Below are positions 14,301-29,171 of a stretch of 64,000 bases of DNA, in pieces (positions within the stretch are counted from its first letter, which is position 1; each line of letters starts with the position of its first letter). Location of the stretch: the NCBI RefSeq assembly GCF_006345805.1, contig NC_043002.1, positions 100,874,001-100,938,000 on the forward strand. Reading direction: 5' to 3'. The notes beneath the pieces were generated by a model. It did not search any database. It was not told the origin of the DNA and worked only from the letters and a program-made list of their open reading frames with translations. Both the position numbers and the translations under genes were made by a program. Origin of the DNA: Octopus sinensis (lineage: Eukaryota).

Positions 14301-14853
14301 TATAAAAGCAATTAAGATTCAAGTCAATTCCATGTCTCTTTTCTCCTTTTTCCTTTCTTTTCTTTTCTTTGCTCCACAAAAAATTCCTTCAACCTTTAGA
14401 AGTCATAACATAGCAGTTGTGCGTGGAGAACAGTAATGTGACAAATACCTTATCATATAGCATGAAATGATTGTGGATTAACCATGGATAAATTCATCGT
14501 CTGTGAGTATGAAATTCCTCCTCATATCTCTGGAAATTTACATCTACACTACGGATTAATTCACCTTCTCTGTGAAGCTAATAAGGTTTTAAGAACCTGT
14601 GATAAGACTGTACATCATCATTAAAGAACTTTGGAAATCTGTTTGCAACCTAAATCTGCCTTTAATGAAATTATCTCCAATACTTCATGAGTATAGCCTC
14701 ACCCACTAAGATGTTTGGAGAACTCATATGTATTTTAGCTGATGAGTACGGGACACTTTTATCTGCTGCAATTTTTGCAACTTTTAATAAAGCCTGTCTT
14801 TGTATGAAACAATTGTACTAAAAACTAATCCATTCTTGTTGCTTCTTTCTCGT

Positions 14854-14913
<60 letters not shown>

Positions 14914-14974
14914 AGGAGAGATACTTCTGAGTTTAAATCACGCATTTAATGTTTTAATTAATTAAGTTGCATTC

Positions 14975-15200
14975 TCTTTTGTATTGGGTTGGCAACTAAG
15001 TTCACCTCCGTTTTTTTTAATTTTGGAATCTATTTTTTACGAGTTTTCTATTTTTGAATAATTTTGGAAAATATTTTGTTTTTCTTTCTAGTTAATTTTA
15101 GTCAATTTTTATTTATTTTCAGATCATTAAAATGGAAAGTCAAGTTAAGAAAAATGAGCATTTTCGACACCTCTTTTTTGCTTTTAATCAAGAATTGACC
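14975..15200 (+). mobile_element. Mariner 5' end (TIR plus transposase start)
   Basis: TATTGGGTTGGCAACTAAG TIR-like end followed by MESQVKKNEHFRHLFFAFNQ. Confidence 0.6.
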
Positions 15201-15378
15201 TTCTGGGAGCTAGGGTACATCAATCTCACAATTAACGCTAGCAGATGGTCAGTAATTAAGAGCTACCGAACAAGGCCTATCCCATTTGAAACAAAGCAAA
15301 TATAAACCTTCGTTGGGATTTTGATACATTAAACACGCAGTGAAGGGAAGAAAGGAAATTGTTTTTTTGTCGACTTAC

Positions 15379-15519
15379 AGAACTCTTTTACCTTTATTTT
15401 CAGTTTACCATCAAACTTGTCGCATATTTGCTTGGCACATATATCGGATTTCGTTTCCACCCATTCTTCTTTAAAATCGCGGCAAAAAAAAATGTCGTCG
15501 ATACATCCTCCCGGACAAC
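15379..15519 (-). CDS. Gene A exon 3, first Cys-rich domain: (S)CPGGCIDDIFFCRDFKEEWVETKSDICAKQICDKFDGKLKIKVKEF
   Basis: Acceptor tttttctttAG, donor T/GTAAGT, 141 nt phase 1-1; lies in ORF 15329-15535; paralog at 60723-60857 with alignable flanking intron. Confidence 0.85.
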
Positions 15520-15960
15520 CTAAAGAAAAATACATGCATTATAATAGTTTCCACTAACGAATATTAGATATTTTACAAGACAGATTTATTATAAGTTAGC
15601 ATAGGTAAAGATGGTTTCAATAATATCCAACTTAGATCATAACTTTCATTCTAATTCATATATCGTTTACCTCCTTTCTCAGTTCTGTCTCCATAAAACG
15701 AATACGTATGAAGAATATATTGAAACCAATTCAACGAACAGGTACGTACTTCTACAACGGTTTCTTCTAATCAAAGGCGTGGTTTTGGCAAACCAAAAGG
15801 TTTCGGTGTGAAGTGATAAATCGCATAAAGTATAAGAAACACCGGATTTCAGGTTGGTATAGGCGTTTTTGCTGGTAATAAATCATGAACGCCAAAACAA
15901 AATAAAGCTAATAGTGATAATGATAATGCTATTATTATTATTATTATTTATTATTATTAT

Positions 15961-16422
15961 TGAGTGAGAGAGCAGTGCATGCCATCAAAGTGACACTGGG
16001 GTAAAATATACGAAGCCCAGTATACCCATCATGACCACCCGTCTGATAAGGGTACACCAGGCACATGCATCACAACCATATGTGCGCGACATGGTGATCT
16101 CACATCAAGATAAACAGCACATGACCTTGCAGGTGGGGCCCACTTAAAATTTTCTTCAGGTCGAGTAGCCCATCCCGCTCAAACGGTCCTTGAATAAGGG
16201 TTGTTTAAGGATGTTGAATGAAACACCCATGTTTCCAGAGGTGAATTATTCAAACCCCAAAGAATCCCTCTCAACACATGGCTATGATGCTCCCCCACTA
16301 CTTCTGCTCGTGATCAGAGATGCACATATCGTCAGCGATTAAGGGACATGCTCAACTGGTTATGGTCAAACAACTGACAAGCAAATCTGTGGTATTGAGC
16401 AGAATATTTGCTGTAGCCCATC

Positions 16423-16455
<33 letters not shown>

Positions 16456-16920
16456 GAGTGAGCGAGCAGAGCATGCCATCAAAGTGACACTGGGGTAAAA
16501 TATACGAAGCCCAGTATACCCATCATGACTACCCGTCTGATAAGGGTACACCAGGCACATGCATCACAACCATATGTGCGCGACATGGTGATCTCATATC
16601 AAGATAAACAGCACATGACCTTGCAGGTGGAGCCCACTTAGAATTTTCTTCAGGTCGAGTAGCCCATCCCGCTCAAAAGGTCCCTGAATAAGGGTTGTTT
16701 AAGGACGTTGAACGAAACACCCATGTTTCCAGAGGTGAATTATTCAAACCCCAAAGAATCCTTCTCAACACATGGCTATGATGCTCCCCCACTACTTCTG
16801 CTCGTGATCAGAGATGCACATATCGTCAGCCACTAAGGGACATGCTCAACTGGTTACGGTCAAACAACTGACAAGCAAATCTGTGGTATTGAGCAGAATA
16901 TTTGCTGTAGCCCATCTTTT
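15961..16920 (-). mobile_element. Two tandem copies of a ~460-bp non-coding element embedded in (ATT)n
   Basis: 15961-16415 and 16456-16920 are near-identical; third copy inverted at 21648-22110; (AAT)n tail suggests a Dong/R4-associated retroelement. Confidence 0.7.
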
Positions 16921-16945
16921 ATACCAAGACAAAACAATGTACATG

Positions 16946-17005
<60 letters not shown>

Positions 17006-17169
17006 TCCTTCTTTCTTCAAATCTTCTTCCGTTTCTCGCCGGGTGTTTTCCATACACCTAGGGCGGAGAAGCTCATTGTATGCATTCCCAGATTACCCAC
17101 GCAAATTCACAGGTAAAATATGTATTTAAAACATTAATAAGCAAATAAATTCATGAATGGATGTTGTTT

Positions 17170-18060
<891 letters not shown>

Positions 18061-20214
18061 GGGAAATCATAAAAACAGTTTGTATTGAAACATGTGTCAA
18101 TGGATTTTGATGTCAATATGATTTCAAATCTTCTTTGTAGACGATATTTTGTGTGTGGATTACTGGATTTCGTTGCTCTACACACAGCGACGTATAACTA
18201 GACGTGTGAAAACATTAGAGTGGGTAAGAATACACCTACACGAACTAAACTCTTGCTCTGTGCCTTGTTTGCTGTAAATGAGAATGTCAGTTGTATAGGA
18301 AACTGCCTGTGTCTAAATGGGAACTGAAACTCCTTATCGGTTGGTATAAGGGTTATCCGCGTTTACCATTGCGGGGGGTCAGTTACAATCACTGCTTCGA
18401 TAACACTGGAATTTAGTTCTGATACTGTGTATCTTGTTCCACTGCAGTGTCCACTGGCCGGATCAAAATTCCTAAGGAACATTATCGGACAGTTATTTTT
18501 CAATTTGATTTTATGGAGTGGCAATCCCAATCGATTTAAATTGTTCATGAAATTCTGTGTGTACTGGTGGTAGCTCTCGTCATCTATTTTATCCGAACAA
18601 CAGTACTCTCTACTTTCCCCAGGTAAGTTGCTAACCATGTACTCATTCACACTGGTCGAGGCGATGACAACTCGCCAACACAACTATGATGCGATTTTGT
18701 AGTATTCACTTAAATCATTAAAGACGAATTTGCATATTTCGGAAATAGATGAAGTCTCGAGTACAAAATCTGGCCTAATTCGAATCACTTTTCTCAGTGG
18801 GTCAGTGAACGAACATTGTCCGGAAACAATGTCGCGAAAGTTATATCTGAAGAATTTCGTACCCTCATGTTTTTCTTTAGACTAAACTCCATCACAGACC
18901 TGCAGATGTACGATTTTTCCAAGGTGGCTTCTACTATTTGGGCTCGTCTACCACGTTTAACAACAGGTAGAATCTGCTTCCAGTTGCCTACAAAAAGAAC
19001 ATATACTCCGTCAAACGGATTCGTTCGATCTGATATTGCGTAGGGAACGATCCAAACATTCATATATGGGCTTGTCGCCTTGGAAAACTTCATCGACTAT
19101 TATTAGACTGTTCATTCTGAAGAGTTGTGCAGTTTAATCGAGTTGGGCATTTTGAACCGAGAAAGAAATGTCCGGTCACTGTGCAGCAATGTTGCCGCAA
19201 TCCCAGATAGAGCTGTAGCGAGTATGATTTTTTTTCTCCGAAAGCAGAAAATCTATGATGGCATTGATAAGATATGTTTTGCCAGTTCCACCACTCGCAC
19301 TCAAGGTGAAAATCAGTTTGGTTGACAGCACCTAGCAGCCATGAGTATTTTTCTGCTCTGATTGTCGTTTGATGGATTTCCGCCCATCTGCTCCGTTCTA
19401 CTTTCGCCCACTGATCTACCGCATATTGCTGTAAAAGTTTTCTACTTCAAATATTATTATTGTCAGAATTAGTTCCTACGTGCAGTTGGCAAGCGTAAAA
19501 TTTCATAACTGTTAATGTTTGTCCATTTGATTTCTTCATACTGAGATGCCAACTATCTGTTCGCTCCGGTAGTAGCAGAACATATCGATGGATAGAGTAT
19601 GTTCGATGATCATGTCCATTACGACAGTATATGTTTACGTCTAAAGGGTTCTTAATATTACCCGGAACCAATGCAGTCACCTCCGAATTCATAAGCAAGT
19701 TGTACTGGTGACAGTGAGCCTTGGATGGTTTGAGCATTTTGTCATGATATTGAAGGATGAAGATATCCTCAGTTGCCTAAAGTTCTATAGCAGCTTGAAA
19801 TGATACTACGTATGGATTTACTTGCCGAATATCACCTTGTACTTTCGTCAATATATCCGCCTACAGATCATTCATGTTTCGTTCGATTTTTGGTCTAATG
19901 ATGTGTATCAAAAAGGTACAGCTGTGCAAATGATGGCGGTTGATTGGCATCTGGCATTAAGCATCCAGTGGCGTGATACACTTTACTTTGGATTTTGAAT
20001 GTGAGATTAAATACAGTTATCGAGGTTATCAGCAACACAACCAATGGATGCAAATGCGGGCGCGTTATTATACGCTCGAATATTTATGAACTTTTTATCG
20101 TTCCATAACGACACAATGTCTGCCGACAAATTATGGATGGATTCCAGCTGGATTTTGCTGTTTTCGCAGCAGAGGGAAGGTGGTTTTGCTGGCCAGTGCT
20201 TTGAATAACAATGG

Positions 20215-20435
20215 GCATTGGCAGAAACGGTAGCAGGCCGGGCGAAAAGCGTAGCCGTATTTCATCTGTCGTTACGTTGTGAGTTCAAATTCCGCCGAGT
20301 TCGACTTTACCTTTCATCCTTTCGGGGTCGATAAATAAAGTACCAGTTACACACTGGGGTCGATGTAATCGACTTAATCACTTTGTCTGTCCTTGTTTGT
20401 CTCCTCTATGTTTAGCCCCTTGTGGGCAATAAAGA
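20215..20435 (+). mobile_element. Family-1 SINE inserted in the Helitron
   Basis: TGGCAGAAACG box A-like and GAGTTCAAATTCC box B-like head with the family tail. Confidence 0.85.
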
Positions 20436-20649
20436 AATATATATATAATATATATAATCACCCAGGCAGCCGTAGTAGTGAGAACGGTATGATAACGGAA
20501 TGTTACTTTCAATAAAGTTTTCCTGCATCGCCATCAAATTCTAATCTGTAATCCGCTCATTGTCCTATTCAGCGAAACAAAAATGCTTACCAAGGCATCA
20601 TTTTCCACTTGTACTTGTACTTATCTTGATTTTCGGAAAGCTAAAGTGT

Positions 20650-20880
20650 TCGTTATGTGTTCCGAAGCTCTCACTTGAGGATTTTGAGTGTCACTTGGCG
20701 AGCTAAAGTGTCCCTGCTCTGTTCCGAAGATCTCACTTGAGGATTTTGAGTGTCACTTGGCGAGCTAAAGTGTCCCTGCTCTGTTCCGAAGATCTCACTT
20801 GAGGATTCCTCCCTGTTATTTGGCGAGCTAGCGTATCCCTGTTCTGTTCCGATGCTCTCACATCCCTATCACGGCGAATT
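20650..20880. repeat. ~62-bp tandem repeat, about 3.5 copies
   Basis: GTTCCGAAG recurs at 20659, 20721 and 20783. Confidence 0.85.
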
Positions 20881-21429
20881 TTATGAGCTTCCATATCCTT
20901 ATTCTGTTGGGTTTGTCTGTATTCACTGTTCGATTGTCTCTTAATTTTTATACCGGTAGCTTTCCTGGTAGTCCTACCCATTCCAATTCTTGATTTCCGT
21001 TTCCAGGTCATAATGGCGTGGAAGGAAGGAAAATTTAATAAGGCATTACACAATTTTATGCATACAATTGCTATTGACAAAGACCCTAGTAGTCATACAC
21101 CGATTAAAGATAAGCTCATACCCTCACAATCATTCCTTAAAGCTTATGGTATAATTCAGTGGAGAAGTAAATTGAATTACTTCCCTTCGCTTCTTATATT
21201 AGGAGTTATTTCCCCTAAATTTTTATTTACTTTCAGTAAGCCCGTAAATTCAATAATCATCTCCAATATCCAAGAAGTAATCATACTTTTCGCATCTTTG
21301 TTTTCGCTAAACACCTGCCTGATTACCTCCTTCGTAATCCCGGAATATATCGTGACCATTGGACCAGCTGTTTGACCATCAGTGAGGGACAGACAGACTG
21401 ACTGAAATTACGTCCACTATAGTATAATT

Positions 21430-21645
<216 letters not shown>

Positions 21646-21647
21646 AA

Positions 21648-22110
21648 AAAGATGGGCTACAGCAAATATTCTGCTCAATACCACAGATTTGCTTGTCAGT
21701 TGTTTGACCTTAACCAGTTGACCATGTCCCTTAATCGCTGACGATATATGCATCTCTGATCACGAGCAGAAGTAGTGGGGGAGCATCATAGCCATGTGTT
21801 GAGAGGGATTCTTCGGGGTTTGAATAATTCACCTCTGGAAAAAAGTGTTTCGTTCAACATCCTTAAATGACCCTTCTCAGGGACCTTTTGAGCGGGATGG
21901 GTTTCTCGACCAGAAGAAAATTCTAAGTGGGCCCCACTTGCAAGGTCATGTGCTGTTTATCTTGATATGAGATCACCATGTCGCGCACATATGGTTGTGA
22001 TGCATGTGCCTGGTGTACCCTTATCATACGGGTAGTCATGATGGGTATACTGGGCTTCGTATATTTTACCCCAGTGTCACTTTGATGGCATGCACTGCTC
22101 TCTCACTCAA
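21648..22110 (+). mobile_element. Third copy of the ~460-bp (AAT)n-associated element
   Basis: Reverse complement of the 15961-16415 unit. Confidence 0.75.
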
Positions 22111-22119
22111 TAATAATAA

Positions 22120-24900
22120 TAATAATCACTTCGGTATGGAGCAGGTATTATAAAATGATAAAAGAATGAAATGAAGAAAATGGATACAAAGACGAAGAAA
22201 ATGGTAAGAGCACACGGAACTTTCCACCCTAAGCGTGACACCGGTAGGCTGTACTTGTCCAGAAGAAATGGATTATGGTGAAACAATGTGGTGCAGAAAG
22301 GGAATACAATGTGGATAAGAACTATCAATATAGAATTATAAGGAGGAAAGAAACAAATATTGTCATAAGCACGAGGGATGTGAAAGAGCAACTGGAAAGC
22401 CCTCGAACCGGATGGGATTCATGATTTCTGGCTGAAGAGATGCTACGCGGTGCAGGGAAGACTAGCAGAAAGGTGCATTCCCTCCGTGGATGGTGACATT
22501 TAAAAGGAAAGATAGATGAAAGGGGATTATTATGGGTTGTGGGAATCTACCGTCCCGTAGCATGCCTAAACATAATCTGGAAAGATACTCACTGGAATAT
22601 GTACGACCAAGACATACTTTTCTGACACAGGAAGAAATACTACTAAGGGAAGAGTTCTCGTGGTTACAAGGATCACCTGGTCATCGATAAAACAATTTTG
22701 AGGCGTTGTAAAAATCATTATACAAACATGTCTATGGCTTATATTGACTTTAAGAAGGCATATCATATGATGCGTCATTCTTTGATCGTTGAAAGCCTGC
22801 AGATGTTTGTTGTTGCTGACAATATCACAAATTTTGTGATGCTTATCATGAAAGAGTACAAAACCAAACTGTACTCAAGTAATGTATTCCTTGGAGCAGT
22901 TAATATTAAAGGGGGAATCTTCCAATGTGATTCGTTTTCTCCGTTACTATTTGTAATTCCACTAATACCTATAACAATGGCCCTTAGGAAAGTTAAGATG
23001 GGTTACAGATGTGGGAAGAAAGACCCACCATTGAACCGCCTCGAGATACGATACATAGTCAAGGACAAAGAATTTGGGACAGTAAAGGATGCGATGAAAT
23101 AGCATATCATAGCAGTAGCATACAAGCTCTCCAGATACCAGAAAAAATAGATCTATACGAACACAGTAGATTATTTGGGAAAGACCAGAGGAGATTCTAT
23201 AAGCAAATAAATATTGGAAAACGAAGTATTGAAGATGAGATAGCTAATGCAGACGAAGATAGAATGTTCAGAAATAATATTTTCGATGAGCCAGTCAATT
23301 ATAATGGAAATGCAGTATAGTCAAAGAAACTGAGGGAAGAATTAGTATATGAGAAGCAGCCAGATCAAAGAGTAACTAGTTCATTAATGAGTAAAGTGTT
23401 AGGAAAAATGACGAATTGGAAGTGCCAAGTTTCAGATTTAGTTCAAGCATATTGGTTAAAAAATTTAGTAGTTGACATAGGAGGCTGAGGGAACAACTTC
23501 AATATTGCCTTAATAGAGGAATAATACCAGATTGGATGACTAGATGGAGAACAATATTCATCATGAAAGACAAGAGCAAGGGTAATACAGCTGGCAACTG
23601 TAGACCAATCACTTGCTTACCATTAGTGCGGAAGCCGCATAGGAACTCTTTCAGGAAGCATTTACCAGCACATTCACAGCCAGAATTTACTGCCAGCAGA
23701 ACGGAAAGATGTCTAGAAGAACGCATGATCTATTATACAATGATAAAGCAGTTCTAAATGAAGTAAAAGCTAAAAGGAAAACTCTAACAATAGCATGGAT
23801 AGATTACAAAAGGTGTATAAAATGATTCCATACTCATAGATTAGTAATTTTTTGAGTATATTCAGTACTTCAGACAACAATGGAATAAATTAATAAATTA
23901 GCTGTAGTGTGAAGAAATGGAAAGTTTATCTCCACTCAGGTGACACAATGTTATGGAAAGTTAGTATCAAACGAGTAATTTTCTAGGCGGGGGGATTGTT
24001 CCCTTTAATATTCGTTTTATGTTTGATCCACCCCAGTTTACTATTAAGAAAGGCATAGGCAGTGTATCAGTTCAGATATAGTAAGGCAAACAAATAATGT
24101 TTTACATGGATGGTCTGAAGCACTTTGGTGAGAATGAAGAAGAGATCCATTCCTTAATACAGACTGTGAGACTCTCCAGCAAAGATATAAAGTTGGAACG
24201 TGGCATAGATGTGAGCACAATATTAGTCAGGAGAAGGGGACAGTGTCAAGAGCGAAGACATCAATGACTATTGGATTTCTGACAGGGTACTAACTGCAGC
24301 AATGAAACCGAAAATTATGAAGGAGTACATCAGGTGTGTGAGGATGCTTATGAAGACAAAGCTAAATGGTCCGAATCTAGATAAAACCTGAATTAGCAAA
24401 GTCAGAGAGAAAACTGGGAAGGAATTCAGTATGAATGGAGGTCTCTAACCAAAGGCAGGAGTAGTAAGATTATACTTACAGAGAAAGAAAACCGGAAGAA
24501 TGTGACTATCAGTAAAATACTACGTGGAGTTAGCTACAGTAGATATAGACTCCTATGTAGGTAATAGCGAAGAAAGTTTATTAAAAGCCGCTAGAGTCAC
24601 AACAAGACATAGGGAAAAACAAAAAGTGAAACAAACTTAAAAACCAGAAAACAGAACATATATTATCTAAATGGCAGGAGGAGGCATTGCATGGTAGATT
24701 CCCAAACATAGTTGAAGAAAATAATTGTACTAAGACATGGTTATGGTTGCAGATAGGAAAGCTGAAAAGGGAAACAGAAAGTTTGTTAGTAACTGCATAA
24801 AATCAAGCATTGGATAAAAACCAAGATAGACAAAAATCAACTAGATTACTTACGTAAAAAAATAATAAAATGCTGCCAGACTTATATTTCGCACATAGCT
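22120..24900 (+). mobile_element. Dong/R4-type LINE, two nested or rearranged degenerate RT fragments
   Basis: MSMAYIDFKKAY, GIFQCDSFSPLLF, GKDQRRFYKQIN and NCRPITCLPL motifs; RT region occurs twice. Confidence 0.8.
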
Positions 24901-24949
24901 CTAAGTGGGACACAGGAAAGTCCACACAGAAAAGACAGTAAGATAAGGA

Positions 24950-25055
24950 AAAGTCGCGAACATTTCACATGCGGTTAGTTTTTATGAACTCAGCGAAATT
25001 GGAAGGAGACGGAGAAAGTGGTTTCTGGGACAAGAAATGCTGTAGATGGGCGGTA

Positions 25056-25097
<42 letters not shown>

Positions 25098-25820
25098 TGG
25101 TAGCGTGTGTATGTATGATAGTATAATAGCGTATGTGCGTGTGCTAATAAATGTGGTGGGGTATTTGTCTATGTGGATGTGAGTATATGTGGAAGTGTAC
25201 GTACTTACGCGTATATGTGTGTTCGTTCTTCCTCTTTGGACATTCCTCTTTCCAGCGGAGAGATATACTCGAAACGTGAGCAACAATGGCCAATTATAAA
25301 AGTGAAGATGTTTCACTAGACAAGAACAGATGCAAAAACATCCAACATACAGAAATAAAAAGGAATAAATAAAATTAAATTTAAATAAATATCTTGATGA
25401 ATACTGCAACCAAATCGAAAATGTTTCCCACCACACTTTGCATAAACAAAAGATCATTTCAAACTTCAGCGCCACCAAATGGAAAGTACGAAGTGAACTG
25501 TAAACAATGAAGAGATAACAATCAAAGAAGCGGATAAAGTGAGTGTGATAGTGACCACAGAAATATTTAACTACAAGAATCTGGTAGTATCCATGTTAAA
25601 TAATGACTAACACCACAAAAGAAAAACAAAGATTACTCCCCCACCTATAAAAACAAATAATGATAAAGCATTTTTGCCAAATCGAAACCCACGGAAAAAT
25701 CCAACAAAAAAGAAATCGATTATTTAACAAGCTTTAAATGTAAACCCAGCCTATTCTATGGTCTACCGGAAATTCACAGAAGCCAAACTATAAACGACGC
25801 CTTCAAAAAATCATCAACGG

Positions 25821-25852
<32 letters not shown>

Positions 25853-27420
25853 GACTCCAGGAGACCTAACATGACGACCCATTATTGCTGGACCATCCTG
25901 TGAAACACATCGATTAAGTTGCCTCATGTACATCTTCGTGATACCATTTCTAAAATACAGCAAAAACTATATTAGGTATGATTTAGATATGTTAAATCAC
26001 CTACCAGAAAAGGTTAAGGACGAAACACACATTTTTTGATGTGATGTGATAAACCTGTACACTAATATACACCCATAAATTTGGAATAGGAGCGATCCGG
26101 TTCTGGCTGTTCAAATATCCAGAAGAAATACCACAATGGATCAACAAAGATTTCATGATCGAATCAATAAAATTCATCCTTCAAAACAATCATTGTCACA
26201 ACTGTTTATCGCCAAAAATCCGGAATTGCCAGGGGAACCAAGACGGCCCCGACTATTGCAAATCTAGCAATAGACTATTTAGAAATAATATTATATCAGG
26301 AGCCATTTTCAAAATTTAGAAACACTCTCTTGCTATACGTAAAAATACATTGGAAAAGAGTTTTTATGGATTGCTTCATCGTCTGAATGAAAACATAATC
26401 TCCTGAAGTTCAAAAGACTCCTCAATAGCATTAACACCAGCATAAAATTTACAACGGGACACAACCAAGAGGAAATCCCATTCCTTGACATATTGGTTGA
26501 AACAAAAAGCAAAATGCAGAAACGCACATATTCTACAGAACTACATACACTAAACAATACCTATTATTTAGATCATGCCAACCGAGGCATATCCAATAAA
26601 ATATCCACTTCAGCTTTGCAAGAAGGATTTACAACATATTGTCCGAATAAATACCAGAGAACTAAGACTGTAATCATACTCAAAGACAAAGCGTACTCTA
26701 AGATTAAAAACGTACTCAAAGACAAACACTGCCCAATTCAACTCATACATGAAGAGATTAAACGTGCAAAATCGATTGACATAAAACATTAAGAAAAGTT
26801 GAAGAAAATAACACACCTACTCTGAAAACAACCCCAGAAACAAAGAAGCGTTTTACATCATTGTCCAAAATCTCCCAATACCCCATAAGAACCCCAGACC
26901 GCAGGAAATTGTACGTATCCATAAAAATAGTAAAAGCAGTAAACAGCTAAGGACATTAAAGAAACCTCTCGCAAATGCTAAATTATACTTCAAAATAACA
27001 GACGCAAGAGGAAAAATGAGATCATCCTAACAGCGAAATATGTCCCAATCTTTTGGAAGGATCAGAGTTCCATTTTAGACAAGGTCAAAAATTCAAATTT
27101 AAATGCAACTTCACTTGCGCCTCTGAAAATCTCATTTACGTAATCTGATGTTCCGGCAGTCATAAAAACTATATAGGGCCGACACGAATGTCTGTCCGAA
27201 GGAGATGTGCTGTGCACAGACAACAGATATCTTCCCCACAATACTGCCAGAAATATGTCAGTGAAAACATTTACAGATATACAGAACAATTTCAACCACA
27301 TTTCCTCATATTTTCATTATATTAATTTGATATTTGGACCTCAACACAAGTACAACTAAATAAAGAGGCATCATTTATCGAAATATATAAGCCAGACTTA
27401 AATATAAATCTTGTGAGTGT
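24950..27420 (+). mobile_element. Penelope-like element (RT plus GIY-YIG), degenerate
   Basis: FYGLPEIHRS, PIIAGPSCETHRLS and NLIYVI.CSGSHKNYIG.T motifs. Confidence 0.8.
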
Positions 27421-27444
27421 TTATTGAGCGAAAACACCTAAACA

Positions 27445-27632
27445 TCCACGAGGCTCCGGCAGGGTGGTGGTGGCGATCCCTGCTGTACTCTTTCGCCACA
27501 ACTTTCTCTCATTCTTTCTTCTGTCGGCCTGCTCGCTTAGCCAGCGGGGTGGCGTCATTTGAAGGCTAAAACAATGCGAAGTGCATTGTGACCAGCGATG
27601 TGTAGCAACATCTGATAGCCTGGTCGGTCACG

Positions 27633-27637
<5 letters not shown>
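27445..27637 (+). repeat. Dispersed repeat (partial second copy at 29450-29570)
   Basis: GGCCTGCTCGC..GGGTGGCGTCATTTGAAGGCTAAAAC..CATCTGATAGCCTGGTCGG present at both sites. Confidence 0.7.
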
Positions 27638-27675
<38 letters not shown>

Positions 27676-28206
27676 TAAGATTCCGTTAAATTGGGTACTG
27701 CGATTAAGCCACTTCGTTCTGTTTGTATAATCCGCTCAAAACAATTTAATATCAACATGTATTCCTGCTGCTTTCCCTCTCTAAATTATTGTAAACTTGG
27801 CAAGGTATGCATTACTTTCTAAATTCATACTACCAGAGAAACTGTACATGTTTTGTGTTCCATTATTCTTGCGAATATTTTAAAGCAGTGGCTGTAACCT
27901 TTTTGTTTGAAGTCTAAGCGGTCATCTGATAAGAACGGCTTCTTTGAAATGTTTTAATGTTTTTATTAATCAAATAAAACGGTTGCTTGAAACGGCCGTA
28001 ATGGGTTGATAACTGTACATCTTCGTTACTCATTTACATATGTGCGTGTGTGAGTGTGTGTGGTTATTCATATATATATATATTCATCTGTGTAAACATA
28101 TTGTGCTTAAATCCTTAAATCCTTAAAAATGTTTCAGCCCGAAGGCTGCGGCCATGCTGGAGCACCACCGCTGAAAAACATTCAAGAATAAATTCCGAGC
28201 CGTAGA

Positions 28207-28278
28207 GGAGGGCAGCCGGGATTGAACCGGAGACCCCTCGATATGCAGTCGAATGCTCTCCCACTGAGCTATACCCCC
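28207..28278 (-). tRNA. tRNA-Cys (GCA), variant or pseudogene
   Basis: GGGGGTATAGCTCAGTGGGAGAGCATTCGACTGCATATCGAGGGGTCTCCGGTTCAATCCCGGCTGCCCTCC folds as a cloverleaf with a GCA anticodon; atypical T37, T49:C65 mismatch and C73. Confidence 0.75.
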
Positions 28279-28321
28279 GACTGCTTAGGAAATATATTTT
28301 CATATATGAAAGGAAACTTAC

Positions 28322-28391
28322 TTGGGTCTCCTGACATAACATCTTTCAATGCAACCAAAATCAGCAAACAAGAAGGAAGTAGTCGTGTCAT
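28322..28391 (-). CDS. Gene A exon 2 coding part, signal peptide MTRLLPSCLLILVALKDVMSGDP
   Basis: Acceptor tttgtatttccAG (exon starts 28397), ATG at 28391, donor A/GTAAGT in phase 1 joining exon 3 in frame; hydrophobic core with small-residue cleavage region. Confidence 0.8.
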
Positions 28392-28717
28392 ATTGATCTG
28401 GAAATACAAATGTAATTTAACGTAACAGAACTGGTAACTGCTTTCTATTTCAAGGAAGAAGAGGAACAGCGCATTCACTGATATACGCGTCCTGTATGAC
28501 AAAATGTCATCATCCCAATTGCAGAGCATAAAATCCACAGATTTGTCTCCCCTTACTCAAAGGAACAGGATAACTCCAACCCCATTTCCTGTCTTGACAC
28601 TCTTTTACCAAACACTTTAAACTAAGCACCACGTTTAATCACATGGATCTTAATCTTCCAAAGAAATTTTCCAAGGACTATTATTGAACTCAAAAAGCAT
28701 AAAGACTCTACAATGTA

Positions 28718-29171
28718 CGAGGGGCGTTCAATAAATAATGCCCCTGACCCACTTCCCATAGCAGTAGAGCAACGAAACTTGGCACAGTTATTAGTCTTTT
28801 TCTACATAGGAACCATCCAGAGTTACGCATTTCTCCCATCGTTTGATGCGGCTCTGGAGACCGTTTTTGTAGAAGAACCCAGCTTGGTCCTCCAACATCA
28901 ACGTGACTTCAGAAATCAAGGCTTCATCATCTGGGAAACGCTTTCCTTTCAAAAACAACTTCATGATTGGGAAGAGGTGAAAATCAGACATTCAACAGGC
29001 TCCATTTCACACTTGACTCGGTTCAAACACCTGTAAATCAGAAACCACAATTAATTCAGAGCTGTAATTTGGCACTTACTCTATAGAGATATAAATAATT
29101 GCACATGCAAATTTCAGCTAGATCAAACAACTGCAAGTGGGTCAGAGGCATTACTTATTGAACGTCCCTCG
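28718..29171 (-). mobile_element. Internally deleted mariner (454 bp) with ~37-bp TIRs and TA target duplication
   Basis: TA-CGAGGGGCGTTCAATAAATAATGCCCCTGACCCACTT versus inverted copy ending CCCTCG-TA; ORF SDFHLFP..K.FLKGKRF..RWEKCVTLDGSYVEK. Confidence 0.9.

Larger units (their letters stand above)
18300..21080 (-). mobile_element. Internally deleted Helitron RepHel (PIF1-like helicase plus N-terminal region)
   Basis: GLPLHKIKLKNNCPIMFLRNFDP..GHCSGTRY, FDGVYVLFVGNWKQILPVV and RAYNNAPAFASIG. Confidence 0.85.

Noticed and set aside
14440-14840. Possible transposase fragment
   Set aside because: No motif could be identified with confidence; left unannotated
20650-20880. CRISPR-like array
   Set aside because: Contiguous tandem units without unique spacers, eukaryotic context, no cas genes
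27755-27810. Plus-strand mini-exon MYSCCFPSLNYCKLGK/GT as a 5' exon for copy D
   Set aside because: Not a signal peptide, phase 0 donor is incompatible with the phase 1 exon 4, and no paralog support
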